A DNA stretch of 64,000 nucleotides from Spirochaetia bacterium (GCA_965208575.1 CBDBOV010000005.1:576001-640000), one strand, 5' to 3'; shown: positions 20,137 to 32,200, counted from the first letter of the stretch. Notes: generated by a model not told the origin, from the letters alone. Numbers and translations are program-made.

Positions 20137-20892
20137 GTGACCTTCGTTCGCTTTGCCCGTGAAGATGAGAGTGTTTCCTACGGCCTGCTCGCCGGGGACG
20201 AGATTCAGCCGATCGACGGCTCGCCGTTCGGCGCCTGGTCGGAGGAAGGGGCGCCGGTCGCTCCCGGCGCGGTTCGCCTGCTGGCGCCGGTAGACCCCGG
20301 CAAGGGGCTGGCGCTGGCCGGCAACTTCCGCGACCACCTCGGCAGCGCCCCCGTGCCCACTCAGCCGGAACCGTTCTGGAAGACCCCGAACGCCTTCATC
20401 GGCCCCGGCGACACCATCCTGCTGCCGCCCAACCTGGCGCGCGTCGACGCCGAGGGCGAGGCGGTGGCGGTAATCGGCCAGTGGTGCAGCCGCGTGACCG
20501 AGCGCGAGGCGCTGAACTACGTGCTCGGCTACACCTGCGGCAACGACGTCAGCGGGCGCCCCTGGCAGGGCGGCGACAACCAGTGGTGGCGCGCCAAGAG
20601 CGCCGACACCTTCGGCCCCATCGGCCCCGGCATCGCCACCGGCCTCGACCCCGACGACCTGTCGGTGGTCACGCGCATCAACGGCACCGAGGTGCAGCGC
20701 TGCGGGCTCGCCGACATGATCCACAACTTCGCGGTGACCATCTCGTTCATCAGCCAGGCGGTCACCCTGCAGCCGGGCGACGTGATCTTCTCCGGCACCT
20801 CCGGCACGCCCGCCCAGCTCAACGACTGCGACACCTGCGAAGTGGAGATCCCCGGCATCGGCACCCTCACCAACCCCGTCAAGCTGCGCTGA
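20137..20892 (+). CDS. Fumarylacetoacetate hydrolase family protein
   Basis: GNFRDH, VDAEGE, GYTCGNDVSGR, AKSADTFGPIGP, LQPGDVIFSGT. Confidence 0.92.
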   Translation: MTFVRFAREDESVSYGLLAGDEIQPIDGSPFGAWSEEGAPVAPGAVRLLAPVDPGKGLALAGNFRDHLGSAPVPTQPEPFWKTPNAFIGPGDTILLPPNLARVDAEGEAVAVIGQWCSRVTEREALNYVLGYTCGNDVSGRPWQGGDNQWWRAKSADTFGPIGPGIATGLDPDDLSVVTRINGTEVQRCGLADMIHNFAVTISFISQAVTLQPGDVIFSGTSGTPAQLNDCDTCEVEIPGIGTLTNPVKLR

Positions 20893-20898
20893 GCCCGA

Positions 20899-22432
20899 GG
20901 GTGCATTCCGTCAGTGTGGTAGCGGTCAGGCAGCCTCAAGCTGGATCTGGTTGGATTCTGGGGTGGGCGATGAGGGCAACAGGCTCTCGAAATCGTCCCA
21001 GAAGCGACGGCTCTTCGCCGAAGCGCGGAGCTGAAGCATCTCCTTGGCTCCGTCCAGCGACCAAGTCATCCCACTCTGCTTCATGCGCTTGGCGACGACG
21101 TTCTTGCAGGCTCCCTCGACTACACCGCTGCCGATCGGCAGACCGCACGATCGATACAGCGGGTAGTCCATGCGGTGCTGGTTGGCCGTGAAGTAGTTGA
21201 TCTCGCCCTGGAGGTCGTAGCACTGCTTCTCGCTGTAGCGGCCACTGACGTGCAGTTCCTGCAGTTCCTTGATTACGGCGGCGACGCAGCCCTTGCGCAG
21301 CAGGCTGCGCCAGCGCTTGAAGGATCTCTTGAACTGCTCGCTGCCCTCGCCGTACAACACCTTGCCGATCTTCCCCAAGTGGTCGCAGGCATGCCAGAAA
21401 TCGAGGATGTGCCAGACCTTCTGCCCGGGTTCGGACAGCTGGGAGACCCGGTCCCATATCCAATGCGCTCCATCGCCCAGAATCACCAGCACCAGCGCTG
21501 CCAGGTGAGCGCTGCGCCGGCTCATTTCCACCTCGATCCGGGGAAAGAACTCATCAGCATGCTCGATCCCGGTGACACAGGAGGTCTTGGTGCAGTGCGC
21601 TGCACCCTCCCGGTCCACCTTCACCGCTGATACCGTCGCTACCTTGGAGTCCCGAAACACGCGATCGTAACTCTTTTTCCCATCTTCAGTTACCCGCTCG
21701 TTCGCGCGTGTCGCCACCTTCCCCGCGTCGATGCCCACGACCATCGTCCCGGTGATCTCTTCGCGCACCGCCACCGGCTCGTCGGCACGCTCGACAATCT
21801 CCCGCTGGCGTTGCTCCGCCAACCCGTCAGTAACCGCCCGCACCATCTCGAACGCCTTGTTCATCGACACCAGCTCCCGCCCGTCAGGCCGCAACACCTC
21901 GTGGAATTGCGCCAGACCCTGCTCGTAGGACTGCTCGGCGCACCACCGCGCCATGAAGTACTGGCACCCAGGCGTGTACCCGCCCGCGATACCCAGTTGC
22001 TCTGTCAGCGGCACCCACCCCTTGCCACCGCCACCGAGCGGCGCGTAGTAGGCGCGCACCAAGGTGATCACGCCGAACAGCCCATGCAGCGTCTTCCGCC
22101 GTCTCCCGACAAAGCGGTACCGAACCTCGCCGCGGGTTGCGCGCGCACCGACATACCCATCACCGACTTGCTCACACCAGCGTTGCATCGCTGCACGTCC
22201 CGCAGCCACCAGGCACTTCAGCATACCGAGCTCCGCGGCGAGCAGATCCCGTGGTCCGCTGCACGGGTTCAGGTCAATCCCGCACCGGGTCTTGCAAAAC
22301 CGGAGCAACTCCGTTACCAAGGTCTCACTCATTTTGGTCCCCTCCCAGAGACAGGTCGATGTTTACCACATCACCGAATCTCTGGTCTCTGGGAGGGTTC
22401 CTATTCCGCTACCACAGAGAAAGAATGCACCC
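20899..22432 (-). mobile_element. Insertion sequence, ISKra4/ISLre2-like (Mutator-related), 1534 bp
   Basis: Imperfect 27-bp TIRs at 20899-20925 (gggtgcattccgtcagtgtggtagcgg) and 22406-22432; 9-bp direct repeat TGAGCCCGA at 20890-20898 and 22433-22441; lower GC than the flanks. Confidence 0.92.
20926..22332 (-). CDS. DDE transposase, ISKra4-like
   Basis: VGIDAG, LGDGAHWIW, LDFWHACDHL, GLPIGSGVVEGACK...RMKQSGMTWS motifs. Confidence 0.9.
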   Translation of the reverse strand: MSETLVTELLRFCKTRCGIDLNPCSGPRDLLAAELGMLKCLVAAGRAAMQRWCEQVGDGYVGARATRGEVRYRFVGRRRKTLHGLFGVITLVRAYYAPLGGGGKGWVPLTEQLGIAGGYTPGCQYFMARWCAEQSYEQGLAQFHEVLRPDGRELVSMNKAFEMVRAVTDGLAEQRQREIVERADEPVAVREEITGTMVVGIDAGKVATRANERVTEDGKKSYDRVFRDSKVATVSAVKVDREGAAHCTKTSCVTGIEHADEFFPRIEVEMSRRSAHLAALVLVILGDGAHWIWDRVSQLSEPGQKVWHILDFWHACDHLGKIGKVLYGEGSEQFKRSFKRWRSLLRKGCVAAVIKELQELHVSGRYSEKQCYDLQGEINYFTANQHRMDYPLYRSCGLPIGSGVVEGACKNVVAKRMKQSGMTWSLDGAKEMLQLRASAKSRRFWDDFESLLPSSPTPESNQIQLEAA

Positions 22433-22444
22433 TGAGCCCGACGT

Positions 22445-22912
22445 TCAGGACAGGTATGGCGGGGCGAGTTGGCGGAGGGCTTCGTAGACTACCACCGCGA
22501 CCGAGTTGGCGAGGTTGAGGGAGCGCAGGCCGGGGCGCATCGGGATGCGGGCGGTGGCGGAGCGGTGGCGGGCGCGCAGGTCGGCGGGCAGGCCGGCGGT
22601 TTCGTTGCCGAACAGCAGGTAGCAACCGTGCCGGTAGCGGAACCCCGTGTAGGGTCGGGTACCGTGGGTGGAGAGCAGCACGAGCTGGCCGCCCGCGGCG
22701 CTGGCGGCGGCCAGCACCGGCTCCAGGCGGCCATGCCGGTGCACGTTCACCTCAGACCAGTAGTCGAGGCCGGCGCGGCGCACGGCGCTGTCGGTCACGG
22801 CGAAGCCGAGCGGCTCCACCAGGTGCAGCGCGGCGCCCACGGCGGCGCAGGTGCGGGCGATGTTGCCGGTGTTCTGCGGAATCTGCGGCTGGTAGAGCAC
22901 GACGTTCAGGAT
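22445..22912 (-). CDS. trmL: tRNA (cytidine/uridine-34 2'-O)-methyltransferase, SPOUT family
   Basis: LNVVLYQPQIPQNTGNIARTC, RRAGLDYW, FGNETAGLP, RSLNLANS; start codon uncertain (ATC 22912, CTG 22909 or GTG 22900). Confidence 0.9.
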   Translation of the reverse strand: MLNVVLYQPQIPQNTGNIARTCAAVGAALHLVEPLGFAVTDSAVRRAGLDYWSEVNVHRHGRLEPVLAAASAAGGQLVLLSTHGTRPYTGFRYRHGCYLLFGNETAGLPADLRARHRSATARIPMRPGLRSLNLANSVAVVVYEALRQLAPPYLS

Positions 22913-22952
22913 CGCGCCGTCCCGACCGCCGACCGCGACACCCGCGCGCGGG

Positions 22953-23915
<963 letters not shown>

Positions 23916-23986
23916 GCCTGCCTGTAGCCTGCCTGTGATGTTCAGTTGAACGTGTGCCGGGGAGTACGATACCCTACGGGCCACCC

Positions 23987-25564
23987 TTGAGCCATTCCAC
24001 TTCAACCCACATTCTACCGGACGCCCCGCGTCCCGAACTGCTGCCGCGTACCCTGGCCGCGTTGCGCATCCTCGGCTACCCCGAGGAACGAACCGTCAAG
24101 GAGGAGATGCGCGACAACCTGCTGCGCATGCTGCGCGACGGCGTCGAGGTCGGCGACCTGTTTCCCGGCATCCTCGGTTACGAAAAGACCGTCCTGCCCG
24201 GGCTGGTGAACGCCCTCCTGTCGCGCCACGACTTCATCCTGCTCGGGTTGCGCGGGCAGGCCAAGACGCGCATCCTGCGCTCCCTGGTGCGGTTTCTGGA
24301 CCAGCGCATTCCCGCCATCGAAGGTTCCGACCTGAACGAGAATCCGTTTCGGCCGATTACCGCCCAGGGCCGCCAGATCATCGCCGAGTTCGGCGACGAC
24401 ACGCCAATCCGCTGGATCGAGCCGGAGGAGCGCTACCAGGAAAAGCTCGCCACCCCGGACGTGACCATTGCCGACCTGATCGGCGACGTCGATCCGATCA
24501 AGGCGGCCACGCAGCGCCTGTCCTACGCCGACCAGGGCGTGATCCACTACGGCATCGTGCCGCGCACCAACCGCGGCATATTCGCCATCAACGAGGTGCC
24601 CGACTTGCCGCCGCGGATCCAGGTGGGTCTGCTCAACATCCTCGAAGAAAAGGATTTCCAGATCCGCGGCTTCCCGCTGCGCATTCCGCTCGACATCTGC
24701 ATGGTGTTCTCCGCCAACCCCGAGGACTACACCAACCGCGGCAACATCATCTCGCCGCTCAAGGACCGCATCGATTCGCAGATCATCACCCACTATCCGG
24801 CCGACATGGAGCACGCCCTGGCGATTACCCGGCAGGAGGCGTGGGAGAGCCGCAACGGCGGCGCCCGCATCGAGATTCCGGGGTACTTTCGGGAGCTGAT
24901 CGAGGACGTGGCGTTCGAGGCGCGCGGCAGCGAGTTTGTCGACCAGAAGTCGGGCGTGTCGGCGCGCATGACCATCGCCCTGCTGGAGAACGTCATCTCC
25001 AACGTGGAACGGCGCTGCCTGCGGCACGGCGACGGGGTGGCCTATCCGCGGCTGTCGGACCTGCACATGGCGCTGCCCGCGATCACCGGCAAGCTGGAGC
25101 TGGTCTACGAGGGCGAGCAGGAGGGGCCGGCGCTGGTGGCGCGCAAGATCATCGGGCAGGCGGTGCGGCGCACCTTTCGGCGCTACTTCCCCAAGCCGGA
25201 CGTCAAGGTGCGCGACGGCAAGGAGGGCAAGGCGGGCGAGGAGGGCGAGGAGGGGCAGGACGGTTCCTCGCCGTACGCGCCGATCGTGCGGTGGTTTTCC
25301 AACGGCAACACCGTGGAGACCGCCGACGAGCAGGCGTACGCCGATTACGCACAGCGCCTGGCACAGGTGGACGGTCTGCGCGACGTGGCCGTCGCAGGGC
25401 TGAAGATCGGCGCCGCCGAGGAAGCCGGACTGGCGATGGAACTGGTCCTGGAGGGACTGCACCAGCACTCGATGATTTCCAAGCGCGACCTGGACAGCAC
25501 CACCTCCTACCGCGACATGCTGAAGGCGATGTTCGACCAGATGAGCGACGAGGACCGCGACTGA
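23987..25564 (+). CDS. Magnesium-chelatase-like AAA+ ATPase
   Basis: [54 protein letters not shown]; start uncertain (23954 or 23987). Confidence 0.88.
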   Translation: MSHSTSTHILPDAPRPELLPRTLAALRILGYPEERTVKEEMRDNLLRMLRDGVEVGDLFPGILGYEKTVLPGLVNALLSRHDFILLGLRGQAKTRILRSLVRFLDQRIPAIEGSDLNENPFRPITAQGRQIIAEFGDDTPIRWIEPEERYQEKLATPDVTIADLIGDVDPIKAATQRLSYADQGVIHYGIVPRTNRGIFAINEVPDLPPRIQVGLLNILEEKDFQIRGFPLRIPLDICMVFSANPEDYTNRGNIISPLKDRIDSQIITHYPADMEHALAITRQEAWESRNGGARIEIPGYFRELIEDVAFEARGSEFVDQKSGVSARMTIALLENVISNVERRCLRHGDGVAYPRLSDLHMALPAITGKLELVYEGEQEGPALVARKIIGQAVRRTFRRYFPKPDVKVRDGKEGKAGEEGEEGQDGSSPYAPIVRWFSNGNTVETADEQAYADYAQRLAQVDGLRDVAVAGLKIGAAEEAGLAMELVLEGLHQHSMISKRDLDSTTSYRDMLKAMFDQMSDEDRD

Positions 25565-25589
25565 CCACCGGGTCTGACGGAGGAGAGAG

Positions 25590-26678
25590 ATGAAGTTCGA
25601 GTACCTGAAGTGGGACGAATCGCTGGCCGCGGCGCTGCAGAACTTCTCCAACCTCATGAACCTGTTCAACTTCCTGCTGCTGCAGGCGAGCGGCGACGTC
25701 GACAAGGTGCTGGAGTGGATGAAGTACCTGCAGCGGCGCGGCTTCATCGACGAGCGCTTCGACCTGGACGATTTCCGCGAGCAGCTCGAGCACCAGGCGA
25801 TCATCGCCCGCGATGGCGACGGCTATTCGCTCACCGCGCGCGGCGAGCAGCAGATTCGCAAGGAGTCGCTGAAGCTGGTCTTCAACAACCTGCAGAAGGG
25901 CGGCTTCGGACAGCACCGCACCCCGCACACCGGCGACGGCGGCGAACGCCTGCCGGAGACGCGCCCCTACCGGTTCGGCGACCCGATCACCCAGATCGAC
26001 GCCTTCGCCACCATCAACAACGCCGTCAAGCGCGGCGGCGTGGACGACATCTCACTCGGCGAGCAGGACTTCGAGGTGTTCGACACCGAGCACAACTCCT
26101 CCTGCGCCACGGTGCTGCTGATCGACCTGAGCCACAGCATGATCCTGTACGGGGAGGATCGCATCACGCCCGCCAAGCAGGTGGCGCTCGCCCTCTACGA
26201 GCTGATCACCTCGCAGTTCCCGAAGGACAGCCTGCACGTGGCCTACTTCGGCGACGACGCGCGCATGATCGAGGTGCGCGACATTCCCTACCTGAAGGTG
26301 GGGCCGTTCCACACCAACACCAAGGCGGGCCTGCAACTCGCCCAGCAGGTGCTGCGCAACCAGAAGCACCCCAACAAGCAGGTATTCATGATCACCGACG
26401 GCAAGCCGTCCGCCATCTTCGAGAACGGCCGCCTGTACAAGAACTCGTTCGGCCTCGACCCCAAGATCGTCAACCAGACCCTGGAGGAGGCGGCCGCCTG
26501 CAAGCGCCAGGGCATCGTGATCACCACCTTCATGGTCACCGAAGACCCCTACCTGGTGCAGTTCGTCGAGGAGCTGTCGCGCGTCAACAGCGGGCGCGCC
26601 TACTACTCGTCGCTCGACAACCTCGGCAACTACATCTTCGCCGACTACGCCAAGAACCGCCGCCGCAACGTCCGCTGA
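25590..26678 (+). CDS. VWA-domain protein (partner of the upstream AAA+ ATPase)
   Basis: MIDAS DLSHS, HTNT, MITDGKPS; SD-like GGAGGAG upstream. Confidence 0.88.
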   Translation: MKFEYLKWDESLAAALQNFSNLMNLFNFLLLQASGDVDKVLEWMKYLQRRGFIDERFDLDDFREQLEHQAIIARDGDGYSLTARGEQQIRKESLKLVFNNLQKGGFGQHRTPHTGDGGERLPETRPYRFGDPITQIDAFATINNAVKRGGVDDISLGEQDFEVFDTEHNSSCATVLLIDLSHSMILYGEDRITPAKQVALALYELITSQFPKDSLHVAYFGDDARMIEVRDIPYLKVGPFHTNTKAGLQLAQQVLRNQKHPNKQVFMITDGKPSAIFENGRLYKNSFGLDPKIVNQTLEEAAACKRQGIVITTFMVTEDPYLVQFVEELSRVNSGRAYYSSLDNLGNYIFADYAKNRRRNVR

Positions 26679-26720
26679 TACGAGGCCGGCGCCGGCGTTG
26701 GCCGAGTTGGCGGAGCGGGA

Positions 26721-28526
26721 TCAGCCGCCGGCGGGTTGGCGGATCCGTAGCGCCAGTTCGGCGAGCTGGTCGTCGGACAGGGGGGCGGGGGAGTCGTCCA
26801 TCGGGGAGGCGGCCCAGGTGTTCTTGGGGAACGCGATCACGTCGCGGATGGTGGCTTCGCCGGCCATCAGCCTCACGGTGCGGTCGAAGCCGATGGCGGC
26901 GCCGCCGTGCGGGGGCGCGCCGTAGCGGAACGCGTCGAGCATGAAGCCGAAACGTTGGGCGGCTTCCTCCTCGGAGACGCCGAGGATCGCGAACACGCGC
27001 CGTTGCAGCACCGGATCGTGGATCCGGATCGAGCCCGAGGCCAGCTCGACGCCGTTTATCACCGCGTCGTACAACTCGCCGCGCACCGCCGCCGGGTCCT
27101 GCTCCAGGCGGTCGAGGTACTGCGCCTGCGGGTTCGAGAACATGTGGTGCTCGGCATCCCAGCGCTGCTCCTCGTCGTTCCAGGCGAACAGCGGGAAGTC
27201 TGTCACGAAGCAGGGCCGGAAGGCGCCTTGCTCGGCCAGGCCCTCGCGCCGCGCCAACTCGGTGCGCACCGCGCCGAGTGCCGTGCAGGCGGTGCGCCAG
27301 GGGGCGGCCACCAGCAACAGCAGGTCTCCCTCCCGCGCCCCGAGCGTGCGCCCGATCTCGGCTTGCTGCGCCTGGTAGAAGCGCGATACGCCGCTCTCCA
27401 GGCCGTCGGTGCCGCACTTCATCCACGCCAGGCCGGCGGCGCCGTAGGTCTTGGCGTGCTCTTCCAGTTCTTCGATCTGGCGGCGCGAGTAGCCGGCCAG
27501 ACCGGGGGCGCGCAGAGCCTTTACGGTGTCGCCGCGCTCCGCGGCCTTCTTGAAAATGCCGAACTCGCCGGCGCGCGCCAGTTCGGTGAAGTCGCACAAC
27601 GCCAACTCGTAGCGCAGGTCGGGGCGGTCGGAGCCGTAGCGGTTCATCGCGTCGTGAAAGGTGATGCGCGGGAACGGCAGCGGCAGTTCGTAGCCGATGC
27701 CGTCGCGGAAGGCGGCCGCGAACGCCGCCTCCAGCACCGCCAGCACGTCGTCCTGGTCCACGAAGCTCATCTCGAAGTCGAGCTGGGTGAACTCCGGCTG
27801 GCGGTCGCCGCGCGCGTCCTCGTCGCGGTAGCAGCGCGCCAACTGGTAGTAGCGGTCGCAGCCGGACAGCATCAGGAGCTGCTTGAGGATCTGCGGCGAC
27901 TGCGGCAGGGCGTAGAAGCTGCCCGGCTTGAGGCGGGAAGGCACCACGAAGTCGCGCGCGCCCTCCGGCGTGGAGCGCATCAGGGTGGGGGTCTCGATCT
28001 CCAGGAAGCGGCGTGAATTGAGGGCGGCGCGCATCGCCTGGGCGGCGCGGTGGCGCAGCATGAGGTTGCGCTGCATGGTGGCCGAGCGCAGGTCGAGGTA
28101 GCGGTGCTTGAGGCGCAACTCCTCGCGCGCCTCGGTATGGGCGCCGGGTTGGTCGTTGACCATGAACGGCAGGGTGGCGCAGGTGCTCAACACCGCGAGC
28201 TGCTCGCCGGCCACCTCGATCTCGCCGGTGGCCAGTTCGCTATTCACCATGTCCGGCGGCCGCCGGCGCACGGTGCCGCGCACCGCCACGCAGTACTCCA
28301 GCTTGAGGTCCCCGACCGTGGCCGCGAGGGCGCCCGGCGCGGCGGCGCCCTCATCGGCGCTGACGTCGAACACCACCTGCGTCACTCCGTAGCGGTCGCG
28401 CAGGTCCAGGAAGGTGATGCCGCCGTGGTCGCGGATCCGCGCCACCCAGCCGTTGAGGGTTACCTGCCCGCCCGCCGCCGCGGCATCCAGTTCGCCGCAG
28501 GTCACGGTGCGCTTCATCTCGTGCAT
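26721..28526 (-). CDS. aspS: Aspartate--tRNA ligase (likely non-discriminating)
   Basis: RDHGG, FLDLRDRYG, STPEGARDF, ALPQSPQ, RDEDARGDRQPEFTQLD, YGAPPHGG, IRDVIAFPK. Confidence 0.97.
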   Translation of the reverse strand: MHEMKRTVTCGELDAAAAGGQVTLNGWVARIRDHGGITFLDLRDRYGVTQVVFDVSADEGAAAPGALAATVGDLKLEYCVAVRGTVRRRPPDMVNSELATGEIEVAGEQLAVLSTCATLPFMVNDQPGAHTEAREELRLKHRYLDLRSATMQRNLMLRHRAAQAMRAALNSRRFLEIETPTLMRSTPEGARDFVVPSRLKPGSFYALPQSPQILKQLLMLSGCDRYYQLARCYRDEDARGDRQPEFTQLDFEMSFVDQDDVLAVLEAAFAAAFRDGIGYELPLPFPRITFHDAMNRYGSDRPDLRYELALCDFTELARAGEFGIFKKAAERGDTVKALRAPGLAGYSRRQIEELEEHAKTYGAAGLAWMKCGTDGLESGVSRFYQAQQAEIGRTLGAREGDLLLLVAAPWRTACTALGAVRTELARREGLAEQGAFRPCFVTDFPLFAWNDEEQRWDAEHHMFSNPQAQYLDRLEQDPAAVRGELYDAVINGVELASGSIRIHDPVLQRRVFAILGVSEEEAAQRFGFMLDAFRYGAPPHGGAAIGFDRTVRLMAGEATIRDVIAFPKNTWAASPMDDSPAPLSDDQLAELALRIRQPAGG

Positions 28527-28540
28527 GCGGCAATATACCC

Positions 28541-28864
28541 TCAGTCGCCGAGGTAGAGGGCAAGTGCGCGATCGAATCGTTCCATCAGCGGCGTCGACGC
28601 GGTACCGATGTAGTCGGCGAGCCGCGCCTTCGCAACCTGGCGAATCCCCGGGAGCACCACGAACGACGACTTCCCGCGCACGGCGTCGGCCTGGACGCGC
28701 AGCGGCCAGATCTCGCCCGGCGTGGTGGAGAGCGGAGCCACCACCACGCTGTCGAGGATCTCGTTGTGTACGGTGTTGGATACGACCAGCCCCGGTCTCG
28801 TCTTGCCGAACTCCGGGGGCGAGCTTGCACCCAGGTTGATCCAGTACAACGACCCTCGCGTCAC
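28541..28864 (-). CDS. Type II toxin, PemK/MazF family endoribonuclease
   Basis: RGSLYWINL...PEFGKTRPGLVVSN..HN...SVVVAPLST signature. Confidence 0.88.
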   Translation of the reverse strand: MTRGSLYWINLGASSPPEFGKTRPGLVVSNTVHNEILDSVVVAPLSTTPGEIWPLRVQADAVRGKSSFVVLPGIRQVAKARLADYIGTASTPLMERFDRALALYLGD

Positions 28865-29112
28865 TCAGCACTCCGGGCACCGGCGGGTGCCGAAGCAAGG
28901 TCCGCGCCATCCCACTCATCCATCCACCGCTTCTCTTCCGGGTGCCTCGCGACGAATTCCTTGAATGCGGCCGCGGCGTCGCGTGACAGCCGTCGTTCGA
29001 TCTCGCTCTGCAACGCCCGCCGGACATACGCGGCGACGCTCTGACCGGGCTCCCTGGCGGCTTCGATACCCTCGAGCAGCTTACCCTCTATCTTTACAGT
29101 AGTAGCTCTCAT
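28861..29112 (-). CDS. Putative antitoxin (ribbon-helix-helix-like)
   Basis: MRATTVKIEGKLLEGIE...SVAAYVRRAL, acidic C-terminus; its stop overlaps the toxin start. Confidence 0.8.
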   Translation of the reverse strand: MRATTVKIEGKLLEGIEAAREPGQSVAAYVRRALQSEIERRLSRDAAAAFKEFVARHPEEKRWMDEWDGADLASAPAGARSAE

Positions 29113-29130
29113 GCACACATTATACTGTGT
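29113..29130 (-). promoter_or_regulatory. TA promoter -10 (TATAAT) inside an ACACA-N6-TGTGT palindrome (putative autorepression operator)
   Basis: Minus strand reads acacagTATAATgtgtgcATG. Confidence 0.6.
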
Positions 29131-29211
29131 TGCCACGAGTCAGCGTGCAAGGATCGCCGCGCCGTTCGCCGCAGTAACCGACGCTTGGTCGACGCGGCGG
29201 CGGCCGTTCGG

Positions 29212-32200
29212 TTACCAGCTCGCGGTCATCGTGAGCCCGAGGCCGTGCTCGGGGTCGTTGTCGGCGGATTCCTTGCGCGTCGCCTCGATCCCGAACTCGA
29301 ACGACATGGGGGCGTGCTGCGCGAGGTCCAGCCGCCAACCGAGCGTGTATTCGCGGGCCGTGTCGGACAGCCCGATTCCGAGCTCCGGCGTCAGCGTGAG
29401 ACGGTCGCCCGCCGCCGCGAAGCCATAGCCGGCGCGCAGGTCCACGCGGCGGCGGTCCAGGCGGAAGTCCGTGGCGGCAAGGCCGGCCAGGGTTGGCTGC
29501 CCGAGCAGCGTGTGGCTGCCACCGGTGGCCGCGGCGCCCACGGACTGGGTAACGGTCAGCGAGGGCCCGCGGTCGGAGGCCGGGTCGGGGTCCCAGGCGA
29601 GCGACCCGGACAGGCCAAGGTCGCGGAAGCCGTCGAACGCGCCGGTCAGCAACCCGCGCGCCGCCACCTGCGCCGACAGCCCGAGCGCCGGGGCCGACCA
29701 GGCGAGCCCGCCGCCCACGTCCATCCCGTAGCCGGTCTCGGCATGGCCGCCGTCGTTCCGCACGCCGATCTCGACCGTGGGAGCAAGCATGCCGCCGCCC
29801 GCCAGCGCGAGGCGGTAGCCGCCGTCGAGCCCGAGCCGGATCCGCGTCGCGTCCGCCTGCGTCTCTGCCAGCCCGGATGCCGCCGCGGCGCTGGTGCGCA
29901 CCCAGTAGGCGTCGCTTTCGATGGCCAGCGAGAAGCCGCTCCCGGCCGCCGGCTCCACCAGCCGCCCGCGTGCGCCGAGCGCTGCCAGGGCCAGCGACAG
30001 GTCGGTCTCCAGCGCCTCCGCTCCCTCGGGCGTGAGCGTGAGCCCGCCCAGGCCCAGCCCGCCCGCCGCCCATGCGGTCACCCGCTCGCTCAGGTGCACG
30101 CCCACGTAGGGGTGCACGGCGGTCAGCGCGCTCGCCACCGTCCCGGTGTCGGCGTCGCTCCGGTAGCTGCCGTCGCCGCGTGCGTGCGCCAGCATCACCC
30201 CGCCGAGCCAGGCGTCGGAGGCCATCTCTGCGCCGAACAGCGCCGAGATCACCTCGCCGTCCACGCTCAGGCTCCCCTCGCTCCCGTCGAACCGCGACCA
30301 CCCGCCGCGGCCCCACAGCGCGGCCGACGGTCCGCCCGCCGCCGAAGCGGAGGACACCGCGAAGGCGCTGCCGGCCAGCAACTCGCCACCGGTCATCGTG
30401 CGCGGCTGCTCCGGCGTGCCCGCCAGCCACCGCGTCAGTGCGTTGTCGGCGTCCAGGCCGCCGCCGCCGGCGAGCTCCCGCCCGGCGATCCGCGCGGAGG
30501 CGCCGCCGGAGCGCGGCGCCTCCAACCGCGCCTGCACCCCGGCCACCACCTGATCCGCCACCGTGCGCCCGAACCGCGCCAGCCACGCCCGCGGCATCGG
30601 GTCCGCGTTCGCGATCGTGCCGGTGGCCTCGCCGTCGCCGATGCGCGCGCCCGTGACGTTGGACAGCGTCAGCGTGAAGGTCTCCTCGCTCTCGTCATGG
30701 CTGTCGTCCAGAACGGGCACGTTCACCGTCTTCGAGGTCTCGCCCGCGGCGAAGATCAGCGTGCCGCTCGTCGCCGTGTAGTCCGCGCCCGCCGTCGCCG
30801 TGCCGTCGGCGGTCGCATAGTGCACCGTCACGCGGTGCTCGGCGCCGGTGAAGGCGCGGCTCAGGCTCACCTCGAACGCGACCGATACGCCCGTGCCCTC
30901 GATCGCGCGCGCGTCGGCCACCGAGATGTCCGGGCGCCAGTCCACCTTGTGGCCGGAGTCGTGCCCAAGGCCGCCGTGGCCGAGGACCGCGTTCGCCCCG
31001 CCCGCCGAGCGGATCGTGCCACCGTCGAGCGCCAGCGAGTTCGCGAGCACCGCGATCCCCCGCGTCGAGTAGTTCGGTTCCACCACCGTGTGCGCGAACG
31101 TCAGGCTGCTCGTGCCGCTGCCGCTCTCGTAGGCCGCCCGCTTCTCGCCCCAGTGCGCCGGGTCCATGTCGATCTTCAGTCCCGGACTGCCGGTGACGGT
31201 CACCGCCTCGCTGAAGGTCGCCCGGATGAGAATCGTGTCGCCGAGCAGGTACGTCGTGTTTGCGCCCGGTTCCGAGACCACCGAAATCGCGGTCACGGAC
31301 GGAGGCCCGCCGTCCCCGCTCAGGCCGCCGGGGCCGTTCGTGCCGTCCGCGCCGCTCGCCGGCTCGGTGCGCCAGTCCACCCGGTGGTTGGCGTCGTGGG
31401 CGAGGCCGTCATGCCCGAGGTCGGCGTCCGCGCCGCCCGAGCGGATCGTGCCGCCGTCGAGCTCCAGCGTGTTGCCGAGCACGGCGATGCCCTGCGTCGA
31501 GAGGTTGGGTTCGACCACCGTGTGCGCGAAGATCAGGCTGCTCGTGCCGCTGCCGCTGTCGTAGACCGCCCACTTCTCGCCCCAATGCGCCGGGTCCATG
31601 TCGATCTTGAGCCGTGGCGAGCCGGTGACCTCCACCGCCTCGTCGAAGGCCACCTGCACGTGGATGATGTCGCCTCTGCCGTAGGTCCGGTCGGCGCCCG
31701 CGCTCGAGGCTACCGACACCCCGGCCACCGACGCGGGATCCGCCGGGGGGTTGCTCACCCGCAGGTTCGAGAAGCTCTCCGCCTCGTCGCCTCGGCGGCT
31801 CCGGATTTCGCTCCAGAAGCTCGTCGTGAAGCTCAGCGTCACCGCGCTGCCGCCGGCCACCGGCGCGGCCAGGGTCAGGACGACCGTCGAGCCGCTCACC
31901 GCTACCGGGTCCTTCGCCGCGAGTGCCGCCGTGCTCCCGTCCACCCTCACGTCAAAGGAACTCGCCTTCGGCACGTAGCGCGGGTGCAACTCCTTGTCGT
32001 AGGTCAGCGTCAGCGATGCGCCGTTCACCGCGGCGCGCGCGAGCAACGGACACCGCTTCGGGGTCCACCGCGTCGTCGCGACGATCGTCAACCCCGAGGT
32101 TGCTCCGGCAGGGTCGCTCGCCGTCACCCCCACGACGGTCGCGAACGATTCGGGGGGCGCCGGTGTGATCCTGCGCATTTCGCAGACCGTCTTGGTCGTC

